A stretch of 63,997 bases of DNA, counting the filler, from Stramenopiles sp. TOSAG23-3 (Eukaryota), in the NCBI GenBank assembly GCA_900128585.1. It is 20 parts of 20 records of this genome, joined end to end, with 100 filler letters (N's around TTAATTAATTAA, not from the genome) between each part and the next. Parts side by side here need not be neighbours in the genome. Positions count along the whole stretch, not along the records: positions 61,054 to 63,997 come from LT644504.1; 19 more parts are not named here. The stretch is one strand, 5' to 3'. Shown here in pieces: positions 63,854 through 63,997 of the stretch. The notes under the pieces are model-generated. The model made no database searches, was not told where the DNA came from, and saw only the letters and a list, made by a program, of their open reading frames with translations. Numbering within the stretch: the stretch's first letter is position 1; each line of letters opens with the position of its first letter. A program made the position numbers and the translations under genes.

Positions 63854-63997
63854 TGTTCACGCGTATTTGGACGTACGTTCGTTTGTTCGTTTGTTCGTTC
63901 GTTCGTTTGTTCTTTTGTTCGTTTCTTTCTGTGAATTTTCTGTTTTAGATCTTTAATTTGGTTTCAATTTCAAATATATATTATCTTGAGTTCTGTT

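Noticed and set aside
1..63997. tRNA, rRNA, transposase or reverse transcriptase genes
   Set aside because: None were recognisable by eye; a covariance-model and HMM scan would be needed to exclude them.

Overview
This is not contiguous genomic DNA. It is about 20 unrelated ~3.1-kb contigs, sorted by decreasing length and joined by artificial 100-nt linkers (44 N + TTAATTAATTAA + 44 N), so gene neighbourhoods across linkers carry no meaning and many genes are cut off. The source is a eukaryote: spliceosomal GT-AG introns with strong (T/A)ACTAAC branch points, very AT-rich intergenic DNA and few introns. A kelch-type outer-arm dynein, a plant/algal-type topoisomerase VI B subunit and a plant-like cryptochrome suggest a flagellated protist, possibly a stramenopile (inference). 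An inverted duplication at the first contig end suggests amplified (single-cell-type) DNA. Recognisable genes: TOP6B, RETSAT-like reductase, short ALKBH8, RIO1, dynein heavy chain, queuine tRNA-ribosyltransferase, cryptochrome/photolyase, CNBD-family cation channel, CLC C-terminus, HutF, DUF1826, an IQ-repeat protein and TPP1/sedolisin. The most notable items are: (1) HutF preceded in frame by what looks like the end of a peptide-deformylase domain, a possible two-step histidine-catabolism fusion; (2) a cryptochrome fused to a zinc finger and an ASCH domain, with an unusual Gln beside flavin N5; (3) a ~65-bp dispersed element that recurs just downstream of gene 3' ends on many independent contigs; (4) a Chlamydia-type TGT; (5) a PIG-L deacetylase fused to a degenerate TTL-like domain. 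All family assignments come from motifs recognised by eye; no searches were run.
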